Assembly (NCBI GenBank): GCA_028534125.1
Contig: CM052817.1
Coordinates: 50,160,001-50,224,000, forward strand
DNA from: Lama glama
Lineage: Eukaryota
DNA: 64,000 nt
Reading direction: 5' to 3'
The notes beneath the pieces are model-generated. The model searched no databases, was not told where the DNA came from, and saw only the letters and a program-made list of their open reading frames with translations. Shown here one piece after another: positions 51,140 to 64,000 of this stretch. Made by a program: the position numbers and the translations under genes. Each line of letters opens with the position of its first letter. The first letter of the stretch is position 1.

Positions 51140-54100
51140 GTTTTTCTTTTCTTAAGAACATTTCAAACGTATATTAAATTAGAGAAAATATAATGAATCC
51201 TCATATATGCCTCTAAGATTCAGAATGAGCAATGTTTTGCCACTCTAGATTTAGTTATATCTCTTTGTGATTGCTGGAAATATTTTAAAAACATGTTTTT
51301 AAAAGCAAAAGCATTTAAAAATAAATACCAGGAATTAGGTCATTTTATCATGACATACATCAATATTAATTCCCCCCACAATGGTTGTCTTCTTATAGAA
51401 TCCATGATGTTATTATATCTAACAAAATTAATAATTCATTTCATAGCCCATCTATGTAAAAATTTTCCTTAGACTGAAAAATAGCCTTTTTTTTTTTACT
51501 GGTTTATTAAAATTAAGATCCAAAGGCCATAAGTTACATTTGTTTGTTATGTGTCGTCAGTCTTCCTATCAACCCTCTTTCCAAATACCATAGATTAGAT
51601 TTGAACTTTTTGTTAATAGAAACATATATGCATAAAGTCATGCTTTAAAAAAATCTGTTAAATGTGCTTCAGTGGATTATAGTGAATACTTTTTGTAATG
51701 TCTCATCTTTAGACAGTGAGAACACTTTTTGACTGAATTCTGGATTCTTTTGGTAAGACTCCATTAGTCTTTGATAGATTCTTTGCTTTCTGGAACAATA
51801 ATATATTCCAGATTAATCTTGAATATTTCAGGTCTCAAATCTGGATTCGGCCATTCTTCCAAAAATCTTTGGTTCCTTTTAGTGGAAATAGTATTTAGAT
51901 ACAGTAGTTTGACACTTGAAGTTCTCGTTTGATTGGGATGCCATGCTCCCAAGACTTTTCAGGACAAACAGTTGGAAAAGGTTTATTTTTAAAAGAAAAA
52001 TAAACATCACATTTAAATATATATATTATCAGTTTAATTGTAAAATTACAAGAAATTTATTCAATGTATTTTATACTTGAATCTCTCTCCTCCTTTGCTG
52101 AAAATCATATTTCACATCAGTTTGTTTTTAACCTTTTTTCTCATTTTTTTATTGTGGTAAAATGCACAAATATAAAATTTATCATCTTAACCATTTTTAA
52201 CTGTACAGTTCTATCAGCATTAAGATTATTACATCAAGTTTAAATATATTTTATGCTTTTTTTTTCCTTTAAAATGTAATCCATCTAAGAATTTTAAGTC
52301 AAAACATTATATTGTGAAGTCACTTGAAATGAGTTTCTCTTGTGGTTATGTCACCAGTGTGGTATATGGTTAGGTTCATTTATTTCTGCCCGTTTTCAAC
52401 TCTTAGTGATTAATTTTAATCTTATTTTCAACATATATAGCAATTGCATCTTCCAAAATCAAAACTGTTTTATAAGGTATATTCAGAAAAATCTTGCTTC
52501 CATCCCCAGCCCCTCTTTTCTGTTCGCTTTCTATCACAATTGGTAACCATATTTTAATTTAAAATTTTGTTTTTTAAATAAATAAAAGTATATAAACACA
52601 TGCACATAAGAGGAAGCATAATATATATATTTTTCTCTATTTTATTATCTCCACATACTATATCTTAGAGATACTGCCATATTCACATGTAAGAATCGAT
52701 TTGATTCTTGTTTTGGTTACAATTAGTATACAATTGTGTGGCTGTATCACAGTTCATAAAACTGGTCCCTTGTTGATGGGTATTTTGGTTGTTTCTCATA
52801 ATTACTTTAAAAATAATTTTATAATAAATAATATTCATAAATCATTTCATACTCTTCCCAGTTTGTCTTTGAAATAAATTCCTTGAGGTAAAAGCATCAA
52901 AGATCAAAAGTATTTTTTAAATAACTATTTTAATAGACTTTAATTTTTAACTAGTTTTAGGCTCACAGCAATGTTGGGCAGAAGGTACAGAGATTTCCCA
53001 TATACTCCCTGCCCCTACACATGCATAGCCTCTGCCATTATCAACATCCTCCACCAGAGTGGTACATTTGTTATAATTTATGAACCTACACTGACACATT
53101 ATTATCACCCAAAGTCCATAGATTATGTTAAGGTTCATTCTTAACCCATTGTACATTCTATGGGTCTGGACAAATGTATAAGGACATGTGTCCATCATTA
53201 TAGTATCGCACACAGTGTTTTCACTGCCCTAATAATCTGTGCCCTGACTATTCATCCCTCACCCAACAGCCTCTGTCAACCATTGATCTTTTTGCTGTCT
53301 CCATAGTTTTGCCTTTTCCAGAAAGTCGTTTGATTGGAATCATACAGTATATAGCCTTTTCAGATTGGCTTCCTTCATTTAGTATTACAGATTTAAGTTT
53401 CCTCCATGTCTTTTCATGGCTTAACATCTCAGTTTTTAGTGTTGAATAATATTCCACTGTCTGGATGTATCACAGTTTATTAATTCATTCACATACTGAA
53501 GAATATCTTGGTTGCTTCCAAGTTTTGGCAATTATAAATAAAGGTGCTAAAAACGTTTGTGTGCACAGTTTTGTGTGGATATAAGTTTTCAACTCCTCTG
53601 AGTGAAATACCAAAGTGTGAGATTGCTGGATCGTATGAATATGTTTACTTTGTAAGAAACTCCCAAACTATCTTCCAAAGTGACTGTATTATCTTGCATT
53701 CCCATCAGTAATGAATGAGAATTCCTGCTACTCCTCATCCTTCCCAGCTTTTGGTGTTGTCAGTGTTCTGGATTTTGATCATTCTAGTAGGTGTGTAGTG
53801 ATATCTTGTTTTATTTACATTTCCCTAATCACATATGATGTGAAGCATCTTTTCATATGCTCATTTGCTTCTTTGGTGGTGTCTGTTCAGGTCTTTGGCC
53901 CTGAACATTTTAAAATTGGATTATTTGTTTTCTTATTGTTAAGTTTTAAATGTTCTTTATGTATTTTGGATAATAGTCTTTTATCAGATGTGTCTTTTGC
54001 AAATATTTTCTCTTAGTCTGTGGATTGTCTTTTCAATCTCTTGACAGTTTATTTCACAGAGTAGGTCTTAATTTTTATAAAGTCCAGCTTATTAATCATT

Positions 54101-55600
54101 TCCTTCATGGATCATGCCTTTGACATTGTATCTAAAAAGTCATTACAAACCCAAGGTCATCTAGATTTCCTCTTATGTTATCTTTCAGGAGTTTTACAGT
54201 TTTGCATTTTACATTTAAGTCTGTGATCCTTTTTGAGTTATTTTTTGTAAGGGTGTAAAATTTGTGTCTAGATTCGTTTTTTGGGGCATGTGTATGTCCA
54301 GTTGTTCTAGCACTATTTGTTGAAAAGATTATCTTTTCTTCATTGGAAACCCTTTGCTTCTTTGTCAACAATCACCTGACTGTATTTATGTCAGTCTATT
54401 TCTGGGTTCTCTATTTGTTCTATTGATCTGTTTGTCTATTCTTTCACCAGTGCAACGCTGTCTTGATTACTGTAGCTTTATAGTAAACTTGATGTCATGT
54501 ACTGTTAGTCCTCCAACTTTTGTTGTCCTTCAATATTGTGTTGGCTGTTTTGAGTCTTTGCCTCTCCATTTAAACTTTAGAATAAGTTTGTTGGTATCTA
54601 CAAAATAGCTTGCTGGGCTTTTGTTTGATAGTATTGAGTCTTCCTATCCATAAACATGAAATATGTCTCCTTTTATTTAATTCTCCTTTGATTTCATTCA
54701 TCAGAGTTTTAAGTTTTCCTCATATACATCTTATACATATTTTGTTAGATTTATACTAAAGTATTTTACATTGGGGTCCTAATGTAAATGATATTGTGTT
54801 TTTAATTTCAAGTCCAACTTGTTTATTGTTGGTATATAAGAAAGTGATTGACTTTTGTATATTAACCTTTTATCCTGCAACCTTGTTGTAATCACTTATT
54901 AATTCCACATTTTTTCTATATATTGCCAAACTGTTACCTTAACGGTTGTTTCCATTTGCATTCCCACCAAAAATTTATGAAAGTTCCTATTCCTAATATT
55001 TTCCCTAATAGATTTTATTGTCAAACTTTTAGACTTGCTAGTCTGATAGGTGAGTGATATAGTCTCATTATAGTCTTATTTTGAATTTCTATTATTGAGT
55101 GAGGTTGGCCATTTTATCTTATATTTAAGGGACATTTTAAATTCTGTGAACTACCTGTTCATATCATTTGCCCATACATCTATTGGGGTTTTGGTCTTTT
55201 TATCTGGGAATTTTAAGAGCTCTTTTTCATATCAGTTATGGTGGTCTTTCCTCCATGTGGCATCAGTTTTCTCCAAGTTTTAATGTACATTTCTCACTTT
55301 GTTTATAGTGTTTCTACTGTGCAGAATACATTTAAATTATTAATCAATTGTTTATTCTTTTTTCTTGAATTGCTACTGGATATTGAGATAGAACATTTTC
55401 TGATTACAGATTGAAAAGGCATTTGTCCAAGTCTTCTTCTAGTTCATACAAAATTTTAATATATTTTTAACCTTTAATATGTGGTCTTTTTGAAGTTTAT
55501 CCTGGTGCATTATGTGAGTTTCAGATTCAATTTTACCTTGGGCTAAAGTGCTTTCCAATTTTTCTGAAACCAATTGTTAAAAAGTTTGCCAGGTAGTTTC
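51140..55600 (-). mobile_element. Cluster of old antisense L1 fragments, including a ~2-kb L1MC-type 3' piece at ~52920-54905
   Basis: agaaggtacagagatttcccatatactccctgcccc (L1MC 3' UTR-like); ORFs 53248-53457 (MEYYSTLK...KTWRKLKSVILNE) and 54132-54371 (KRITDLNVK) are ORF2 remnants. Confidence 0.8.
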
Positions 55601-56227
55601 TGGTGATACTAGAGTTTGAGGATATAGTTTATAAGAACAAAGGTTTTTTTAGAAGAAAAATAAAATATATATACTTTCCAGATGTGGAAAATAAATTTGC
55701 ATACAAAAACTCAAAAAAGTTAGGAATAATATTTTTGAGGTAAATGTTAGTGTATTTTCAACTAGAGCCCAAATTCATTAACTTTAAAATATTTTTACTT
55801 CCCCCCATACTTCTAATTCTAGGTTTGATAATCCAGAGTTTCCTGGAGAGTAGTATTCTCTCAGTCTTCTGAAAGGAAAATAAATTTAAAAGTCATTTGT
55901 CAAAATAAAAATCTTAAATTTTCTACATATTCCATTACAGACTTTTCAGTAAATTAAAATTGAATATTAAAGTTACAGACTTTTAATGAATATTGGGACA
56001 TGCTCCAAGCTAAAAATTCAGAAAGAACAAGCTTTTTTTAAGATAACAATTTAATCCAGATATAATATTGTTGTTGATTATAGAATCTCACTATATGGTT
56101 TAGAACAAAACTGGTTTCCTCTGCTTACTCTGAAAATCAGCATGTCCACTGACTGAGTCAAATAAATAGTCTCAAAAATTATTTTGTAAAATTTCTCTAT
56201 TTCTGAGGCTACAATTATTGCCTATAT

Positions 56228-56710
56228 TGATGCCCTCTGACCATCAGGAACACACCTGTAGTTGGATGACTTGGATTTATGCTCACTGTAATAAGATTGA
56301 GGGAGACCAAATACCTGGCCATGGAAAACCATGGGGCATCCCAGTAAGAGTGCTAGAAAGGGCTTTGAAAATAGAATTTTGGTATTGTTTAGGTGATTTG
56401 GGGGAAGATTTAAGGAATCTGTTCTGAATTGGATGCTGTCGGGAAGCGAGGATAATTCTATGATTAGGTATGTTAATAAATCTTACCTAGAAGAAGGGAA
56501 GACTAGAGTGAGGCTTAAGCTATAGCAACATTTGCTCAGCACAGGGAGATGTTAGATCATTTCTCTGATTTGGACAATGTTTACATTTTTCTCTGTGCTC
56601 AGATGTGATTATACAGTAGACTTGTTTCTGCTTGATATCGTGGTCAGAGAATGCTTTGTCTGATGTTGTTTTCAGTGAAAAAGTGTTCATAATAATTTCC
56701 AGGTGTCAGG
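56228..56710. mobile_element. Probable old LTR
   Basis: Starts TG (tgatgccctctgaccatcagg), may end gtca; family not firmly recognised. Confidence 0.4.
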
Positions 56711-57101
56711 AACTGCTTTTTTCTTTTGTGCTCCAAGTAATGCAGAACTTTCCCTTTTTTGTCCAACTTGTATGCAATAAAATATACCTCTATTAGTCAA
56801 GGTAACAAGTTCCAGCTGCTGTAGCAAAATCTTAGTTGCCTAACACAGTCATAGTTTCTTATGCATACACAATACAATACCAATATTTCTAATTGGGCCA
56901 GTCTTCAGGCTTTATCCATCTTGTCTATACCAAGTATGGCTGTCCTACAAATGTGGCTTCCAAATTTGCCAAAAGAGGGGAAGAGAAAGTGGAGAAAGCA
57001 CACCAGATAATTAAATACCTTGTTGCATAAGTGACACATGTCACTTTTCTTATGTTCCATTGGCTAGGTTAGTCATATGACCCCATATAGATTTGAGGAG
57101 G

Positions 57102-57513
57102 TATACTGGATAAGGTTGTGCAAAGAAACAGAACCAACCAGATGCATGTGTGTGTGTGTGTTATTGTAAGGAATTGGCTCACATGATTATGGAGCCTGGC
57201 AGCTCCAAATCTGCAGGATAGGCCAACAGGATGGACACCCAGGGATCAGCTGATGTTGCAGTTGAAGTCTGAAGGCCATTGGCTGGTAGAATTCTGTCCT
57301 TCTCGAGGGAGGTTAATCTGTTCTATTTAGGACTTCAGTTGATTAGATGGGGTCCACACATCTTATAATGGGCAATCTTCTTTACTCAGTGTTCACTAAT
57401 ATAAATGTTAATCTCATCCAAAAAACACCTTCACAGAAACATCTATAATGATGTTTGATGAATACCTGGACAACATGGCCCAGCCAAGCTGAAACATAAA
57501 ATTAATCATCACA
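57102..57513 (-). mobile_element. MLT2-type LTR nested in an older MLT1 relic (~56790-57100)
   Basis: agaaacagaaccaa...taaggaattggctcacatgattatggag...aaatgttaatctcatccaaaaaacaccttcacagaaacatc...aaattaatcatcaca. Confidence 0.85.
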
Positions 57514-59228
57514 GGGAACTATGTGATTTCTACCTGGACTATTTCCAAAACCACCTGGGTTGGCAATTTGGACTATGAATCAGTAAAAAATGCACATTAT
57601 ATAAACACATATCCATTTAGATACATTTTAATTCAATGCAAATACCTTACATTTATCTAGGACTTACAGTTTACTTTCAATGTGATAAGTAGGACAGGGA
57701 TTGTTATTTCCATTTTACAGATTCAAAAAAATGAAACCACAATAGGTGACTTATGCAAGGCTACATAAGGAAGTGAAAGAACAATCTTCACACCTTTTAT
57801 CCACCACAGACACAAACATAATAAATTGAAGTGAACAAACCATTCTTGAAATTGCTATGTAGAGGGAAAGGTTTGGGTTTCCGTCATCTGCTAATAGGGA
57901 AACATGTATTTAGCTTTGTATGTTTTTTAAAAAATTAAAATAAAAATACCTGGTGTAATTTTAGTTCTTCTCATAAGTCTGATTGCAATATCATAGAGTA
58001 TTCAGGCTTTCTGTAGTGTGTCTTTATGAAGAATGATTAGTCCAAAAGGTGGCTAGGTGGCATGATGTTGTGAATTAATTATATTTTGGACTTTTAATAA
58101 TAATTGAGCTCACTAGCGTGAGACTCAGAAGAGGTACACAGTGGTGAGCAAACCCAGTGGACCTGCCAGGCTTTCTTAAGTCAGCACTAGACAATTGCCC
58201 ACTTCTGAGCTTAAGAGCCTGCAGCAGCACCACACTGGTGATTTCCATGTTGCTTCTAAGAGGCTGCCAAGGCATCATGCAGCCAGCTGAAACGAGTCTC
58301 AGGAAAATCACAATATTCATAGTGGTTTCAAACATACATATTATATAAGTTGAATAGTAACAACACAGTCTGAATTCACGGTGATAACTGTTTTTAATTC
58401 CCTTAAAGATGGCATATCCCTGGCACACAGGAGGTAATGCTAGTGAATCAGAAACATGCCAGCAGGAGAGGATTTGGTTCAAAATGACCCTCTAGGACAC
58501 TTTGGGGAAGGCATATTTAATAATGACAGAAATTTAGAACAACCTCTTCTCATTGTACCAATCTTCTCCCTTGTAGCTACCTTTTACTAGCAAGGCCGAA
58601 GAGTAGGCAATTGACCAAAGATTTCTGTGACTTTAGTAGGAAACAGATGCTGAACTATTAACCCTACCCTTTCTGGCATCTGAACTGACATTCAGTTTAT
58701 GGGAGGGAATGAGGCAGATAAACCAGGGGGGTGACTAGAGGAGTTATCAAGTGTCAGCAGCTCAGAGCTGTGGAGGACACCATGCCTGTTGGCTGATTGC
58801 ATGTGTGTGAACTGTAATACATCAGAAAGTCCCTAAATCGTTCTCTCTTTCCCCAGACTTTTCTATTGATTCATGTTTGTTCTGTATTTATATCTGTTGT
58901 TAGGAATGACACAGAAAGAAAGGCGACTGTGGGTAGAGTCAGTTACTTGGGATTAAAAAAAAAAGCTTAGCATTATTTTCTTGGTTGTCAAGTTTCACTG
59001 ATTCAGAACAACTGGTGATTTCTCTTTATACAGCTTTAATTATATTTGCTGTCAGGGACATAAGCCATAGGAAAGGACAGGACAGCAACTTTATTTTAAG
59101 CTGGCCAGACTATCACTAAATCTCCCCAATTCCTTTAGAATTACAGTTCTTCTCTCTAAGAAATACTATATACTTAGTTTTTAGAGTTTGAGTTGTAACC
59201 ATTCTAATTTTAAAAGAGAGTGGGGACA

Positions 59229-59405
59229 GGGTGGAAGGTTTAGCTCAGTGGGTAGAATGTGTGCTCAACATGCATGAGGTCCTGGGTTCAACCCTCAGTA
59301 CCTCCACTTAAAAAATAAATAGTTAAATAAACTTAATTACTGCCCCCCCAAATAAAACCCCAAAACAAAAAATAAAGATAAGATAAAATAAAAAATAAAA
59401 TAGTT
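59229..59405 (+). mobile_element. tRNA-derived SINE (camelid Vic-type)
   Basis: A box tagctcagtggg, B box gggttcaacc, A-rich tail, degenerate TSD aaaa(g/t)agagt(g/a)g(g/a)gaca at 59212-59228 and 59406-59422; homologous to 32907-33039. Confidence 0.85.
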
Positions 59406-60199
59406 AAAATAGAGTAGAGACAGAACTATAATAATTGGGAAACACTTTAGAAATATACAGAAGGAGGGTTTACTGTTATAATAGAAAATCCACAGATTAA
59501 AAACTACTGAGCATGAGCAAGAAGTAAAATATGTGTTAAACATTTTATTAACACATAACATGAACTAGACTTTAAGAAACTCTGTAGTAATACTTACAAG
59601 GTCATCATTTTCCTCTACTTCCCATTATGCTTCAAAATATTTGCTGAGATAATGTCTGATAAAGATATATTCAAAATGCCTAATTTCTTTTTCTGATATA
59701 AGATTAAGATGAATGTCCATATTTTCTATTCAACATTTTATTGCTTACTAAACAAAATATTTAACAATGTAATTGTTAGATTTGGATAGCTTTTCTAAAA
59801 AAAAATTAAACCATTTTTCTTTAAGTTTGATTATGTTAGCTAATTGATCAGATGTAAGCTAAACACTGATTCTGAAAAAAATATTCTATGATCCAGTTGG
59901 ATGGATGGATGCCAGTGGGGTTGAAGAAACTGCATTCAAGTTAATTTCATAACACTTTTTCCTATTTGATGACTTCATTGATCTACAGGTGATTCTCATT
60001 CATATTTCCATCACCTAATAGGTGGATCTATCACTCTTTTACCCACCTCTCAAGAGGTGCTCCTTGATATGCAGAGGGAATATCATTCAGAAGGATTCAC
60101 TATTACATAAAACTTCAAACAAAATCATTCTGGTACTTAGCTTGTAAAACACAAAACTCGTTTTATTAATGCAAAGATCATATTCAAAGAGGAAGAAGA

Positions 60200-63100
60200 A
60201 GCTAGTGTGGGGACTCAGAGGAGAAGGGGATTACAGGGGCAGAGATCCTTCCTGGGGAGTGAGCAGTTTGGGCCACATATTGGGCACCCCAGTCCTAGGA
60301 TCTGACATAGGAAGAGCTAAAGCATACCCTAGCTGAGCTGAGCAAATGCTCCAGCCCTGCTTACTTCAGGGCATAGCTCCGCACTGGAGTGAGGGTTGCC
60401 ATGACAAAGGAAAGAATTTGGCCATGAGACACAGAGGAGGCTCAGACTGGAAGAAGTGTCTGAGCAGGACAGGGCAGCCATTACTGGTACTGAAAGGCAG
60501 CATGTCAGATGCAGCCCCAATCTCTGTCTATGACTGGAGCACCATAGCCCATGCCCTGACACTTGCCGAAAGCACACATGGGCCCACTTACCCTGTGGTG
60601 CAGTACCATGTGCGGATGGGGACAGTAGGGGCCAAGGGAAGAGATCTGAGGTGTGAAAGAGATTCAGACTGGAAGCAGCTTCTGATCATGGTACAGGCAG
60701 CCATGACTAGTGTTTGCACAGGCAGTGCATCAAAGCAGCCCTGAACTCTGTCTGACACTGGTCTGCTGCAGACCATGCACCGATACATGCTGAGATCCTG
60801 CATGTCCCCTCTTGCTCCAGCACTGCTCCTGTCTGAGGCTAAGGTGCTGGTGCTGGAAATGGGGAAAAGGCAAACTTAAACAGAACAGAGCCAGGTTGGA
60901 CTTTACCCTTTGGGCTTCTGCTCCAGCAACTTGGGACCGGACCCTACCCACCATAGGGTGGTGATGGCCACTGAGCAAAGGGGTAACCGCAACTCACACT
61001 TGGCTCTGGCCTTAGTCCTCTCTTCTCCAGCCTCATATCTTACCAAGGAGACACTGCTGACACACCCTTGCAATCATGTCAAATCCAGCCCACCCACCAA
61101 AGCCACTGAGCACATGCAGACTGTAGAGGGATATTCCCAAATAAAGACACCCTTTTCCAGAACTTAATAGGTAACTGTCTCACCTAATTTAATAGGGACA
61201 GAGAAAATTAAGCAAAATGAGAAGAATTGACCTCAATTGAAAGAGCAAGAGAAACCCCCTGAAAAAATAAATAATAGAACAGAAGTAAACAATTTACCAG
61301 GAAACCTAAACTAAAACTAAAAGAGTTCATCAATAAGATCTACCTTAAAAGAAATATTAAAGAGAAGGGTCTTCTCTAAGTAGAAAGGAAAAGGCTATAC
61401 AAAGAAGTAGAATCTATAGCAAAGAAAAAGCACACTAGTAAAGACAAAAATATAGGAAAGACTGAGGATCAACCACTTCTAAGCTAGCACAATGGTTAAA
61501 ATACAAAAAATTGTAAAACCAATTACAACTACAATAAACAGCAAAATCAAAACAAAAAATAGACTCATAGATATAGAAAACAAACTTATGGTACCAAAGG
61601 GGAAGGCAGGAAGGGATAAATCAGGAATTTGGGATTAACAGATACACACTACTATATATAAAATAGATAAACAACAAGGATTTACTGTATAGAACAGGGT
61701 ATTATATTCAATATCTTGTAATAACCTATAATGGAAAAGATATTAAAAAGAATATATATATATATAAAATATAAAACTGAATCACTTTACCACACACCTG
61801 AAACATTATAAATCAACTACACTTCAAAAAAAACAATGAAGGGATAACATGAAGACATAAAACAGGACATCAAAAACACAAGCTGTGGCAGAGGGGAATC
61901 AAAAATGGAGATCTTTTATAATGTGTTTGAACTTAAATGGCTACCAACTTAAAACAATAGATATAGTCATAGATATAGTTATATATGAACCCATGGTAAC
62001 CACAAATCAAAAACATACAATAGATACACAAAATCTAGAGAGAAAGGAAAACAAACATACCACTAAAGAAAATCATCAAACAACAAGGGAAGAAACAAAA
62101 AGAAGAATAGAGAACAACTATAAAAACACCTGGAAAATAAGTAATAAATGTCAATAAATACATACCTATCAATATGACTTTAAATTTTAATGGACTAAAT
62201 GCTCCAATCAAAAGACATTGGGTGGCTGATTAGATAAAAAACAAGACCCATCTATATGCTGCTTATAAGAGACTCACTTCAGAGCTAAAGACATATACAG
62301 ATTGAAAGTGACTATATAGAAAAAGATATTTCATACAAATGGAAATGACAAGAAAGTAGGGGAAGCAATATTCAAAGCAGACAAAATGGACTTTAAAAAA
62401 TTCTATAAAAAAGATAAAAAAGGGCATTATATAATGAATAATAAAGAGATTAATACAAGAAGTGAATATTATACTCATTAACATATATGCATCTGATACA
62501 GAAGCACCTAAATATATAAAGCAAATATTAACAGACATGAAGGGGAAAATTGTTAATAATGCAATAACAGTAGGAGTCTTTAACACCTCACTTACATCAA
62601 TGGACAGTTCATCCAGACAGAAAATAAATAAGGCAATAGTGGTCAGAAATGTCACAATAGAACAGTTGAACTTAAATGATAGCTAGAGGACATTACATCC
62701 AAGAACAGCAGAATACACATTATTTTCAAGTGTACATGGAATGTTCTCCAGGAGAGAGCATATGCTAGGCCACAACACAAGCCTCAACAAATTAAGAGGA
62801 CATAAATTACATCAATAATTTTTTCCCAGATCACAACAATGTGAAACTGGAAACCAATTACAAGAAGAAAGATGGGAAAAGCACAACACATGGAGACCAA
62901 ACATGTCCTCTTAAGAAACCAACGGATCAATGAAGAAATCAAGGAGGAAATAAAAAAAAACCTCGACAAATGAAAATGAAAATACAATTTTCCAAAATCT
63001 ATGCGATGGAGCAAAAGCAGTTCTAAGAGGAAGGTTTGTAGTAAAACAGCCCACCTCAAGAAACAATAAAAATCTCAGATAAACAACCTAAACTTCCATC

Positions 63101-64000
63101 CAAAGGAATTAGAAAAAGGAGAACAAACAAAGCCCAAAGTCAGCAGCAGGAAGAAAATAATGACGATTAGAGAGAAAATAAGTAAAATAGAGACCAAGAC
63201 AACAATAGAGAAAATCAATAAAACCAAGAGCTGGTGTTTTGAAAAGATAAACAAAATTGATAAATCTTTACTTAGGTTCATCAAGAAGAAAAGAAAGAGG
63301 ACCCAAAAAAGTAAAATAGAAACTGAAAGAGAAGAAATAACAACTGATGTCACAGAGATTCAAAAAAATCATAAGAGAATACAATGGACAGTTATATCTC
63401 AACAAATTGGACAATGGAAAGACACAACCTGCCACGACTGAATCAGAAAGAAATAGATGAAAGATATCAATCACTAGTAGTGTAATTGAATTTGTAATTT
63501 AAAAAAACCTCCCAGCAAACAAAAGTCTAGGGCTGGATGGTTTCACAGGGGAATTCTACCAAACTCATAAAGAAGAACTAATACGTATCCTTCTCAAACT
63601 ATTTGAAATATAAGAAAACAGAACACTCCCATATTCATTCTACTAGGCACCATTGCCTTGGTACCCAAACCAGACAAAGATACTATAGAATAGAAAACTA
63701 CAGGCCAATATTTCTGATGAATATAGATTAAAAATCCTCACCAAAATATTAGCAAACCAAATCCAAATTATAGAAAAAGGATTATACACTGTGACCAAGT
63801 CCAATTTATTCCAGGGATGCAAGGAAGACTCAGTATTTGCAAATAAATCAATGTGATGCACCACATTAACAAAAGGAAGGATAAAAATCACATGATCATC
63901 TCAATAGATGCAGAAAAAGCATCTGACAAAATTCAACATCCATTCATGATAAAAACGCTCATCTAGGTGATTATAGAGGGAATATATCTCAACATGATAA
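60200..64000 (+). mobile_element. LINE-1 (5' UTR, mostly deleted ORF1, disrupted ORF2), continues past the window
   Basis: 5' UTR homologous to ~24575-25680; ORF2 ATG at 62148; EN remnant INIYASDTEAPKYIKQIL...VGVFNTSL (62462-62686); KTKSWCFEKINKIDK (63160-63441). Confidence 0.92.
61546..61830 (+). mobile_element. Nested L1 3' end inside the inter-ORF region of the host L1
   Basis: agactcatagatatagaaaacaaacttatgg...aaatcaactacacttcaaaaa, homologous to ~19495-19755; host sequence resumes after it. Confidence 0.85.

Noticed and set aside
59229..59305. tRNA gene
   Set aside because: Degenerate stems, an A-rich tail and a TSD identify it as a SINE head. The same applies at 32965-33039.

Overview
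This is mammalian, AT-rich, repeat-dominated non-coding DNA (intergenic or deep intronic). It is most likely camelid, based on two tRNA-derived Vic-type SINEs and a young L1 3' end. I could not support any protein-coding exon, and the listed ORFs are chance ORFs or LINE-1 remnants. Main structures: a young 614-bp solo ERV1-type LTR with a tandem CCAAT array inside an L2 (2.3-2.9 kb); a decayed ERV-L provirus (~9.5-18.1 kb) with many nested insertions; a full-length but disrupted L1 (24.4-31.0 kb); a second L1 running off the right end (60.2-64 kb); and many MIR, L2, MaLR and hAT/Tigger relics plus a few TE-free islands. The most interesting candidate is a ~250-bp insert in the ERV-L gag region (11.0-11.25 kb). 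Its minus-strand translation resembles the N-terminal region of a negative-strand RNA virus (bornavirus/Mononegavirales-like) L polymerase, so it may be a non-retroviral endogenous viral element. Repeat family names come from recognition by eye without database searches, and boundaries of old repeats are approximate.
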